64,000 nt of DNA. It comes from an uncultured Nitrospiraceae bacterium (GTDB lineage: Bacteria > Nitrospirota > Nitrospiria > Nitrospirales > Nitrospiraceae). Location of the stretch: the NCBI GenBank assembly GCA_963730935.1, contig CAVSTP010000004.1:96001-160000 (forward strand), in the 5' to 3' direction. Below are positions 8,988 through 17,615 of the stretch, one piece after another. Position 1 is the stretch's first letter; the number at the start of each line of letters is the position of its first letter. The notes under the pieces were generated by a model, which was not told the origin of the DNA, ran no database searches, and was given only the letters and a program-made list of their open reading frames with translations. The translations under genes and the position numbers were made by a program.

Positions 8988-9410
8988 TTAATCTCCGCCT
9001 TTCGGGGTATCCTGTCTGAACTCTCGCTGCATGTCGTCCTCATGATCCATCCCGAGGCCGGCCCGGAAGGATCCACACAACTCCTCCACCTGATCGAGAT
9101 CCGCCAGGCTTTTGCCTTCGGGGGAGGTGAGATAGTGTTCACAGAGTCGGAGACCGGTGTGAAAGTGACGGGGAATCGTCTGTTCTGTGACTTGCTGCCA
9201 GGTGATGTAAATGCAAAAGGCTTGGAAGGCGTGGGCGTCGGGATGGCGCTGTGCGAGGCTCAATAACGCCTCATAGGCCTCCGTGGCCTCCTGGCCAGCG
9301 CTCGAAGAGAAGACCTGTTCTAATTCGACCGCCGTATCCCAGTCTCCTCCCAGTTCTATTTCTGCCTCGCGGAAGGCACACTGCGCGGCTAACGCGGGAT
9401 CGAATCGCAT
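8988..9410 (-). CDS. Hypothetical protein
   Basis: Co-oriented 15 bp upstream of the TPR gene; GGAG RBS. Confidence 0.7.
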   Translation of the reverse strand: MRFDPALAAQCAFREAEIELGGDWDTAVELEQVFSSSAGQEATEAYEALLSLAQRHPDAHAFQAFCIYITWQQVTEQTIPRHFHTGLRLCEHYLTSPEGKSLADLDQVEELCGSFRAGLGMDHEDDMQREFRQDTPKGGD

Positions 9411-9523
9411 GCGACACTCCTCCGGCGAACGATGTTACGAGTGTAGCGTTGCCTCCGTGCTGGTATCAACTCGTACGCTTCATTTACTTTTTGCCGGGCC
9501 GCTTTGTACACTGGCGTATTGCT

Positions 9524-11275
9524 ATGAGGGGTAATCAGCCGGTAGGTGCGCACGGGGATCAAGCCGCGCCAGATCTTGTCGATCAGGTCATTCAGTATCA
9601 CACCCAAACGAAGCATCACTTCGACCGTTATGCCCGTTCAGCGGGATATTTGGATTGGGCAAATCAGCCCGATCCCTTCCGGCGATACGAGGGGACGACG
9701 TTGACGCCCCTGCCGTTGCTCGCGCCGGAGGAGGCGCCGGTTTCACCGTCCTATCACGACATATATCAGCAGGGAGTGGTTCCATCTCAAGCGCTGACCG
9801 CAAGGACTCTGTCACGGTTTTTCGAGTTGGCACTCGCCCTGTCCGCGTGGAAGCGGGCGGGGGAATCTCAATGGGCTCTGCGCAGCAATCCGTCGTCGGG
9901 CAATCTGCATCCGACGGAAGGGTACGTCCTCATTCCATCTCTTGACGGGTTGGAACTGAAGCCAGGCCTCTACCATTATGCCCCAAAGGAACATGGACTC
10001 GAACTGAGGGCGGAATTCCGGGTTGAACCCTTGGTCGAGCTGCTTCGTCCCTTTCCGCCTCATGCCTTTGTGCTCGGTCTGACATCCGTGCATTGGCGCG
10101 AGGCGTGGAAATATGGAGAGCGAGCCTTTCGGTATTGCCACCATGATGTGGGGCATGCGATCGGGAGTGCACGGATTGCGGCTGCCACGTTAGGCTGGCA
10201 GGTGGTCCTTCTCGACGGGTGTGCGCAAGAGACCGTGGGAAGGCTAGTGGGAACGCAGCGGGCAGGGGACTATCTGCAGGCCGAAGCCGAGCATCCGGAT
10301 TGTGTCATGGCCGTATGGCCATCCGTAGATCACAACCTGTCTGCCGGTAGAACCATGCCGTTGTATCTCGATCCCGTGCATGTAGAAGCACTGACAAGTA
10401 CGAAATGGGTTGGCACAGCAAATCGCCTGAGCGCCGATCATGCTTTCCATTGGGATATCATCGACAGGACAGCTGAAGCCACATGGAAGACACACGCCGA
10501 AAGGGATACGATTCCTCTGGGTGAGGTTCCCACGGGCCGATCGGCTTCGAATGAAGTGTCGAGCACGAAAAGCACGCCGGCCGCGCAGATTATTCGTCAG
10601 CGGCGTAGCGCCGTCGCCTTCGATGCGAAGACGTCGTTATCGGCCGCCACATTCTTCACCATGCTCGAAAGGGTGATGCCGCATCATGCACTGTCACAAC
10701 TGTCGCGACCTATGCCCTGGGACACATGGCCGTATGATCCTGCCATCCATCTCATGCTGTTCGTTCATCGGATCGATGGACTGACGCCCGGCCTCTATTT
10801 CCTGGTTCGTGATGCCGGCAAGCTGGAGTTTATCCAACAGTGTATGAATTCGGAACTCATCTGGCAGCAGGCGCCGGATTGCCCTGACCGCCTTCCCCTC
10901 TATTGGCTGCTTGAAGGCGATGCGAAACGAGTTGCGGCCCAAGTCAGCTGTCATCAAGACATTGCCGGAGACAGCGCCTTTTCATTCGGGATGCTCGCCG
11001 AATTCGAAGGCCAATTGCGTCAACGTGGAGCGTGGTGGTATCCACGAATGTTTTGGGAGGCGGGGCTCTTGGGACAGGTCCTGTATCTGGAGGCGGAAGC
11101 GGCGGGAGTGCGCGCAACCGGCATCGGATGTTTTTTTGACGACCCCGTGCACGAGATTGTGGCCATCAAAGGATTGAGCCTGCAGTCTCTCTATCACTTC
11201 ACCATCGGAGGGCCGGTGGAGGACCGTCGTCTTATGACGCTTCCCCCCTATAGGCACCTCAAGCATCATAAATAA
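9524..11275 (+). CDS. SagB/ThcOx-family double nitroreductase-domain protein
   Basis: YHTQTKH, LRSNPSSGNLHPTEGY, WKYGERAFRY, ATGIGCFFDD; start moved to ATG 9524 to avoid overlap with the divergent gene. Confidence 0.85.
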   Translation: MRGNQPVGAHGDQAAPDLVDQVIQYHTQTKHHFDRYARSAGYLDWANQPDPFRRYEGTTLTPLPLLAPEEAPVSPSYHDIYQQGVVPSQALTARTLSRFFELALALSAWKRAGESQWALRSNPSSGNLHPTEGYVLIPSLDGLELKPGLYHYAPKEHGLELRAEFRVEPLVELLRPFPPHAFVLGLTSVHWREAWKYGERAFRYCHHDVGHAIGSARIAAATLGWQVVLLDGCAQETVGRLVGTQRAGDYLQAEAEHPDCVMAVWPSVDHNLSAGRTMPLYLDPVHVEALTSTKWVGTANRLSADHAFHWDIIDRTAEATWKTHAERDTIPLGEVPTGRSASNEVSSTKSTPAAQIIRQRRSAVAFDAKTSLSAATFFTMLERVMPHHALSQLSRPMPWDTWPYDPAIHLMLFVHRIDGLTPGLYFLVRDAGKLEFIQQCMNSELIWQQAPDCPDRLPLYWLLEGDAKRVAAQVSCHQDIAGDSAFSFGMLAEFEGQLRQRGAWWYPRMFWEAGLLGQVLYLEAEAAGVRATGIGCFFDDPVHEIVAIKGLSLQSLYHFTIGGPVEDRRLMTLPPYRHLKHHK

Positions 11276-11301
11276 TGAACCCCGATCGATGAGCGGATAC
11301 G

Positions 11302-12159
11302 ATGTTCAAAATTAAGAAACGAATCGACAAGCCAAAGCCCATCGTCCTCTACAACATCATCGAAGACTATTCGGAGTTCGATGCACCGGGAAATGTCACG
11401 GCCTGTGCGATGACCCTTCCTGAAGACCTTGCAGCCCACGCAAAGGTGCTCTCGGAAAGTTATGACGTGCCGCTCGACACCATGAAAGCACTGCTGACCG
11501 AAGGCGGAACATACGTCTATCCGCAGGAAGGCGGGATCCTAACTCGGGGGCTGTTCGCCTGCGCTCTGGAGGGGGGAGACGCAATTCCCAAGCAGACATT
11601 TGTCCTGGACGTGGTGCAGTTCGCAGAAGCAGAGCAAACGGCGCGTGCCCGGTCGCTCTCACTTCTGAATGCTGCACGGAACGTGTTGTATCGGACGTTG
11701 CCTGACGAATTGAAGTCGAAGCTGGCGCAGAAGAATATGGGGCTGGACTATCGCACCCTGGATCGGGCGGTGGCAAAGGGCGGAGACGTTAAGTATGTCG
11801 ATTTCCGCAAGGATTGGTCGGCTCATTTTAAGCGGCTCTGCATCATGCCGGACGGCCGCCTCGTCGAAACCGGCGGACTCGAAGAGTTCGCCCGGTTGCA
11901 GGGTATTACACCCGCACAGGCCAAGACACTCGTCGAACAGGGAGGCACTCTCGAAATCGGAGAGGAGGTGTTGGCCTGTCAGATCGTCAACGGCCAGCCG
12001 GCTGTCGCACGGTTTAGTGCCAAGAACTATCTCAAAGCGAAGGAACTGGCGGCTTCAAAACACCTTCATTTGATGGACGCCTTGAGCGAGGTCGCCTATG
12101 CCGATCCCACGATGATGCGAGGGCTCGTCCGTAAAGAGCTCACGGGGGGACGGCCGTAA
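11302..12159 (+). CDS. Hypothetical protein with internal duplication
   Basis: Long ORF with typical codon usage; two similar halves. Confidence 0.75.
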   Translation: MFKIKKRIDKPKPIVLYNIIEDYSEFDAPGNVTACAMTLPEDLAAHAKVLSESYDVPLDTMKALLTEGGTYVYPQEGGILTRGLFACALEGGDAIPKQTFVLDVVQFAEAEQTARARSLSLLNAARNVLYRTLPDELKSKLAQKNMGLDYRTLDRAVAKGGDVKYVDFRKDWSAHFKRLCIMPDGRLVETGGLEEFARLQGITPAQAKTLVEQGGTLEIGEEVLACQIVNGQPAVARFSAKNYLKAKELAASKHLHLMDALSEVAYADPTMMRGLVRKELTGGRP

Positions 12160-12260
12160 TGCGTGCTGTCCACCCAGTCAGGCCTACAAGCAATTTGTTC
12201 AACGATGTCTCAATGAGCGCGGGTATGATCCGGTCGGTTGGGAGTTAAAACTGGGTCTGG

Positions 12261-12623
12261 CTAGGTGGCGAGCTCTTCGTTTACCGCCTCGACCATCTTG
12301 TTGAGATCGAAGGGTTTTTCAAACACGCGGCGGGCGCCGAATAGTTTGGCGACATCGAGGAAATTGCGGTCCCCTTGCGCCCCGGTCATGGCGATGATCT
12401 TGGCGTCGAGGTACTCACGGGTCAGCTGCAGGGTGGCTTCCAAGCCGTCGGTCCCCGGCATCAAAATGTCCATCAACACGAGATCGACCTTGCTCTGCTG
12501 ATACAGCGTCAAGCCTTCACGGCCGTCCCGCGCTTCCAATACCCGGTGCTTGGCTTTCTCCAGCACATCTTTCAAGAGATGTCGGATAGAGTCTTCGTCG
12601 TCAATGACCAGAATCGTCGCCAT
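12261..12623 (-). CDS. Single-domain response regulator
   Basis: ILVIDDE, LVLMDILMP, IIAMTG, EKPF. Confidence 0.95.
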   Translation of the reverse strand: MATILVIDDEDSIRHLLKDVLEKAKHRVLEARDGREGLTLYQQSKVDLVLMDILMPGTDGLEATLQLTREYLDAKIIAMTGAQGDRNFLDVAKLFGARRVFEKPFDLNKMVEAVNEELAT

Positions 12624-12908
12624 GCTTGTCCGTGGCTCCTTGAATTCCGTGATATTACTCGTCTTGAGCCGACCTGTCTAGCGGGAAATCGTCGTGGGAA
12701 GTAGGACTCGACCCTAAGGATGTCTACAGGCGTCCGGTTTGAGATTCTTGTCAGATCTTTGGACCGATATGGCAGCGTAAGCTGTACGATACGCTGCCAT
12801 ACAGCGGTCGAGATCAAAAAAATACAGATTGACCTGGCCGGGGGCTATTTGGTACAAGCCTCCCACTACGTACGTAGCCACCCGATTATTCTTCGTGGAG
12901 TCATATCC

Positions 12909-13478
12909 GTGTTCGCTGCCGAGTGGTCCTGGACCAGACGGACGTTATTGAAAACCTCTGTGGCGGGCGTGCTCTGCTTGGGCGGAAAGCTGTTCATGCC
13001 ACGGCTTGCTTGCGCTCAAGCGAGAGTCCTTCCGGAAGGTGAACTGTGGTTTTACAACGTTCACACCGATGAGCGGCTGCGTGTCCGGTATCGTGACGAG
13101 CGCGGACGATACGATTTGACGGCGCTGGACGACCTCAACCACATTCTCCGCTGCCATCACACGGGAGAAGTCGCCACCATGGATCCGCGCGTGATCGAAC
13201 ACATCAATCTTGTGCAAAAGACGCTCGGCGGTGAGGGGGAGATCCACGTGATTTCCGGCTATCGATCACCGGAGTACAATGCGCTTCTCGTCAAACGAAG
13301 CCGTCGTGCCGCCAGACACAGCTTGCATGTCGAAGGCCAGGCCGTCGACTTCTTCATCCCCGGAGTCCGTCCGCGAGAAATCCGGAAGGTGGCTCTCAAG
13401 CTGCAGTATGGCGGGGTGGGATATTATCCTCGTGCGGACTTCATCCATCTGGATTGCGGTCCCTTCCGCTCCTGGTAA
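12909..13478 (+). CDS. ycbK: YcbK/DUF882 (peptidase M15) protein with Tat signal
   Basis: TRRTLLK twin-arginine motif; ISGYRSPEYN, SLHVEGQAVDF, GVGYY, FIHLDCG; GTG start after GGAG. Confidence 0.88.
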   Translation: MFAAEWSWTRRTLLKTSVAGVLCLGGKLFMPRLACAQARVLPEGELWFYNVHTDERLRVRYRDERGRYDLTALDDLNHILRCHHTGEVATMDPRVIEHINLVQKTLGGEGEIHVISGYRSPEYNALLVKRSRRAARHSLHVEGQAVDFFIPGVRPREIRKVALKLQYGGVGYYPRADFIHLDCGPFRSW

Positions 13479-13518
13479 TCTTTCTTTTCTCCCTTCCTTG
13501 TGCGTTCGCCCCAACGGG

Positions 13519-15729
13519 TCACATCCCTCTCGCCTTCAGGAACACCACTGACAGCGGAGGAAGCGTCAGTGGTAGCGAAAAGGGGAATCCGTGGCTTGGC
13601 TGCGGCGTTGCATTCACTCCGCCGCCGTTGCCGAGGTTTGACCCGCCGTAGATCGAAGCGTCCGTATTGAGCAGTTCGGTATAGAACCCCTCCCGTGGTG
13701 CGCCAATCCGGTAGTCATACCGCGGCACCGGCGTGAAATTACACACGCACAAGATCTGGTCCTTGGGGTCGCGACCCTTTCTCAGAAAGGCAATGATCGA
13801 GTTGGCCGCGTCATGGAAGTCCACCCACTGGAAGCCCTGCCAGTCATGATCGACGGCATAGAGGGCCGGCTCGGATTGGTATAACCGGTTGAGATCACGC
13901 ACGAGGTGTTGCACCCCCCTGTGATAGGCATACTGCAGCAAGTGCCAATCGAGGCTGGTGTCGTGATTCCATTCTTGCCGCTGCGCGAACTCTCCGCCCA
14001 TGAAGAGCATTTTTTTGCCGGGATGCGCATACATGAAGCCGTACAGCGAGCGGAGATTGGCGAACTGCTGCCATTCGTCGCCCGGCATCTTGTTGATGAG
14101 CGAGCCCTTGCCATGCACAACTTCGTCGTGCGAGAGGGGAAGCATGAAATTTTCATTGAATGCGTAGAGGAGTCCGAAAGTCAGCTGATTCTGATGATAC
14201 ATCCGATGGATAGGGTCGTGGCTGAAGTAATCGAGCATGTCGTGCATCCATCCCATGTTCCATTTGAAGGTGAATCCCAGCCCGCCCGTGTAGGTCGGCC
14301 GTGATACGCCTGCCCAGGACGTGGATTCTTCCGCCAGCATCATGGCTCCTGGAAAGTCCCGGTGCACCAGCACATTCAAATCCTTCAGAAACAGCACAGC
14401 ATCCAAATTTTCATGGCCCCCGAACTGGTTTGGAATCCATTCGCCCGGGTTCCGCGCGTAATCGAGATACAGCATCGATGCCACAGCATCGACGCGGAGA
14501 CCGTCGATGTGATAGCGGTCCAACCAAAACAAGGCACTGTTCATTAGAAAAGTCCGTACCTCGACCCGGCCATAATTGAAAATACGGCTGCGCCATTCGG
14601 GATGGTAGCCCAAGCGCGGATCAGCGTGGTCATAGAGATGTGTTCCATCGAATTGCGAGAGCCCGTGCGAATCGTCGGGGAAATGCGCCGGAGCCCAATC
14701 CATCAGCACGCCAATGCCGGCTTGATGGGCGGCATCTACAAACGCCATGAACTCCTCAGGCGTGCCATAGCGGCTGGTCACCGCGAGGTATCCGGTGGAT
14801 TGATAGCCCCACGAACCGTCAAAGGGATGCTCCGTCGCCGGCATCAATTCGAGATGGGTGTAACCCATGTCCTTGACGTAAGGAATGAGTTTTTCGGCCA
14901 ACTCTCGATAGGTCAGCCAACGGGAATGATCTTCAGGCACGCGCATCCAGGAGCCGAGGTGCACTTCGTAAACGGCCACTGGAGACTGCAGCGGATCCCG
15001 TCTGCGCCGACTCTCCATCCAGGTCTCATCGTGCCATTGATAGGAGAGCTCTCGTGCGACGGATGCGGTTTTCGGCCTGAGCTCCGAGGCCATGGCATAC
15101 GGATCCGCTTTCAGAAGAATGGCATCCTGGCCGCGAGGGCGAATCTCGTATTTGTACAGCGTGCAGTCGGTGAGACCGGGAATAAAGAGTTCCCACAAGC
15201 CGGTCGCGCCACGGTTCGTCATGGGATGCCGCCGTCCGTCCCATTGATTGAAATCACCGACCACGCTCACGCGCCCGGCGTTGGGAGCCCAGACGACGAA
15301 ATGGATGCCTGCGATGCCATCGATCGTCCGTAGATGGGAACCAAGGGTTTCATACGCTTTGAAAAACGTGCCCTCGGCGAAGAGATGCAGGTCAAAATCC
15401 GAAAGGAGGGGAGGAAATGCATAGGGATCATCACGCTCAGAAACCCGTCCGGAATAATCGGTGACGCGAAGCCGGTATCGTGCTGGGCGCGGCGCCTGCG
15501 GTAGAACCGCTTCAAACAGCCCGGACTCGTGGATGCGCGACATGGGAAACGCCCGTTGCTCGGGCGAGGGGACCAGGACGGTCGCTTGGTCGGCTTCGGG
15601 GAGGAAACAGCGGATCACAACCGCAGCGGACCCGTTCTGTTCGCGTGTATGTGGACCAAGGATCGCCAACGGATCCCAGTGCGAGCCGTTGACGAGCTGT
15701 TCAATATGCTGTCGCGAAAGCGTAGACAT
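13519..15729 (-). CDS. glgB: 1,4-alpha-glucan branching enzyme
   Basis: WAPNA, YEVHLGSW, DGLRVDAVASMLY, AEESTSW, LSHDEVVHGK; start uncertain. Confidence 0.97.
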   Translation of the reverse strand: MSTLSRQHIEQLVNGSHWDPLAILGPHTREQNGSAAVVIRCFLPEADQATVLVPSPEQRAFPMSRIHESGLFEAVLPQAPRPARYRLRVTDYSGRVSERDDPYAFPPLLSDFDLHLFAEGTFFKAYETLGSHLRTIDGIAGIHFVVWAPNAGRVSVVGDFNQWDGRRHPMTNRGATGLWELFIPGLTDCTLYKYEIRPRGQDAILLKADPYAMASELRPKTASVARELSYQWHDETWMESRRRRDPLQSPVAVYEVHLGSWMRVPEDHSRWLTYRELAEKLIPYVKDMGYTHLELMPATEHPFDGSWGYQSTGYLAVTSRYGTPEEFMAFVDAAHQAGIGVLMDWAPAHFPDDSHGLSQFDGTHLYDHADPRLGYHPEWRSRIFNYGRVEVRTFLMNSALFWLDRYHIDGLRVDAVASMLYLDYARNPGEWIPNQFGGHENLDAVLFLKDLNVLVHRDFPGAMMLAEESTSWAGVSRPTYTGGLGFTFKWNMGWMHDMLDYFSHDPIHRMYHQNQLTFGLLYAFNENFMLPLSHDEVVHGKGSLINKMPGDEWQQFANLRSLYGFMYAHPGKKMLFMGGEFAQRQEWNHDTSLDWHLLQYAYHRGVQHLVRDLNRLYQSEPALYAVDHDWQGFQWVDFHDAANSIIAFLRKGRDPKDQILCVCNFTPVPRYDYRIGAPREGFYTELLNTDASIYGGSNLGNGGGVNATPQPSHGFPFSLPLTLPPLSVVFLKARGM

Positions 15730-15884
15730 GATGATACTCTCAACTCCTCCGCGTATCATACGAGCCGGGGTTCTCCCATTATGAAAGAAGAACAACGAGA
15801 ATGTCACCTCTCTCGTACGGAACGGCGTTTCCTAGGCGCCTCTATTATCCACCCGATCGACTCTTGACCGCATAACCGACACTC

Positions 15885-17231
15885 ATGTTGCCGTTCTCCG
15901 ATCTCTCAATCGCCCTAGCGATTTTTGCCGTTTCGTATGGCCTCATCATCACGGAGCGGATTCATAAGACCATCGTGGCCTTGGGTGGCGCAGCGCTCAT
16001 GATCGTCTCGGGGGTGATGACGCAGGACGAGGCGTTTTACTCGCACGAGTTCGGCGTGGATTACAACGTCGTCTTTCTGTTGATCGGGATGATGGTCATC
16101 GTGAACATCGTCCGTGATACCGGCCTCTTCGAGGTGTTGGCGATTTGGTCGGCACAGCGTGCCGGCGCGCATCCCTTTCGCATGCTGGCGTTGCTTGCCA
16201 TTGTGACCGCCGTGCTGTCGGCCATGCTCGACAATGTGACGACGGTGCTCTTAATGGCCCCGGTCACCTTATCCATCGCAAAGCGGCTTCGCTTGGACCC
16301 TGTGCCTTTTCTGATTGTGGAGGCGGTTGCCTCAAACATCGGAGGAACGGCCACGTTGGTTGGCGATCCTCCCAACATCATGATCGCCAGCAAGGCAGAA
16401 TTGGGCTACCTCGAATTTCTTATCTTTCTGGGTCCCGTCGTGCTGGTCATCATGGCCGTCTTCCTGGTCGGTCTCCGACTGTTCTATGGAGGCGGCATGC
16501 ACGTGGCGCCTCATCTGAAGGAAGCGCTCTTAGGGTTAGCGCCGCGTGATGCCGTTCAAGATCCTCTCCTCTTGCGCCGATGCGTGTGGCTCCTGGGGGT
16601 CGTCAACCTCGCGTTTGGGTTTCACGGAGTGCTTCATTTGGAGCCGGCGACAATCGCGCTAGTGGGCGCCAGCGCCTTCATGTTGATTAGTCGGGCGAAT
16701 CACAAGCACGACGGCGACGAATTGTCCTATCTCGCGGACGTGGAATGGAAAACCATTTTTTTCTTCATCGGCTTGTTCATTCTGGTCGGCGGCTTGGTAA
16801 AAGTCGGCGTGATCGGGAAGCTCGCTGCCCAGTTGCTGTCGTTCACGCAGGGACATCTGGCGGCGTCGGTGTTCTCGATCCTGTGGGGTTCCGCATTTCT
16901 CTCCGCCGTCATCGATAACATTCCATACGTGGCTGCCATGAACCCCTTGGTCGTCGATCTTGCACGCTCACTCCATCCGGAGATTACCGACTATACGACG
17001 CTCGTTCATCAACCGGATATTCTCCCGCTTTGGTGGTCATTGGCGCTTGGCGCCTGCCTGGGCGGCAACGGCACGCTGATCGGCGCCAGCGCCAATGTGG
17101 TGATCGCGGATCTCGCGCGGAAGGCCGGATATCCCATCAGCTACCGGCAGTTCTTTATGGTCGGATTTCCGGTGATGATCGGCTCGCTGCTCTTGAGCAC
17201 CATCTATGTGTGGCTGCTCTTCCTGCGGTGA
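15885..17231 (+). CDS. ArsB/NhaD (P-protein-like) ion transporter
   Basis: SAMLDNVTTVLL, ASNIGGTATLVGDPPN, IDNIPY, GGNGTLIGASAN; about 12 TM segments. Confidence 0.9.
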   Translation: MLPFSDLSIALAIFAVSYGLIITERIHKTIVALGGAALMIVSGVMTQDEAFYSHEFGVDYNVVFLLIGMMVIVNIVRDTGLFEVLAIWSAQRAGAHPFRMLALLAIVTAVLSAMLDNVTTVLLMAPVTLSIAKRLRLDPVPFLIVEAVASNIGGTATLVGDPPNIMIASKAELGYLEFLIFLGPVVLVIMAVFLVGLRLFYGGGMHVAPHLKEALLGLAPRDAVQDPLLLRRCVWLLGVVNLAFGFHGVLHLEPATIALVGASAFMLISRANHKHDGDELSYLADVEWKTIFFFIGLFILVGGLVKVGVIGKLAAQLLSFTQGHLAASVFSILWGSAFLSAVIDNIPYVAAMNPLVVDLARSLHPEITDYTTLVHQPDILPLWWSLALGACLGGNGTLIGASANVVIADLARKAGYPISYRQFFMVGFPVMIGSLLLSTIYVWLLFLR

Positions 17232-17262
17232 GGTCAGCCTCCCGAAGGCGCGAGGCTGACCT
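17231..17262. terminator. Hairpin between convergent genes
   Basis: Perfect 11-bp inverted repeat AGGTCAGCCTC/GAGGCTGACCT. Confidence 0.55.
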
Positions 17263-17268
17263 TCCCCG

Positions 17269-17502
17269 TCATTGCTGAAGGAAGCAGGACTGAGTCGTGC
17301 GGCCATACTGGACGAGCCGGTCGTACGATGCGGAGCAGTCGGTACAGTAGAATTCCGAGAGCAATACGTCTTGCCCGGGAGCGGGATAGCGTTTGACGTA
17401 GTCCGCCATCGTGCACCAGTCTTGGTCCACTAGTCCTTCCCCAGGTTGATCCTTGACGCGCTGGCAGCCTGGACAACAGTATGTCAGGTGTAGGTCACTC
17501 AT
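17269..17502 (-). CDS. Small Cys-rich (CxxC...CxxC) protein, 77 aa
   Basis: AAGGAG RBS before ATG 17502; CCPGC and CTDC motifs. Confidence 0.6.
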   Translation of the reverse strand: MSDLHLTYCCPGCQRVKDQPGEGLVDQDWCTMADYVKRYPAPGQDVLLSEFYCTDCSASYDRLVQYGRTTQSCFLQQ

Positions 17503-17615
17503 GCTGATCTCCTTCATCGCTCTCCGAGGGTTCAGAGTTCTTCGGAAACGGTGGCGCAGCGCTTCGAGCGCCTTGCGCCTCCGTGTCATGCCATACGGCC
17601 CATGCCCGCATGCCT

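Noticed and set aside
9524..11275. RiPP (azole) biosynthetic cluster from the SagB-like gene
   Set aside because: No YcaO, precursor peptide or transporter adjacent; stand-alone members of this family are common
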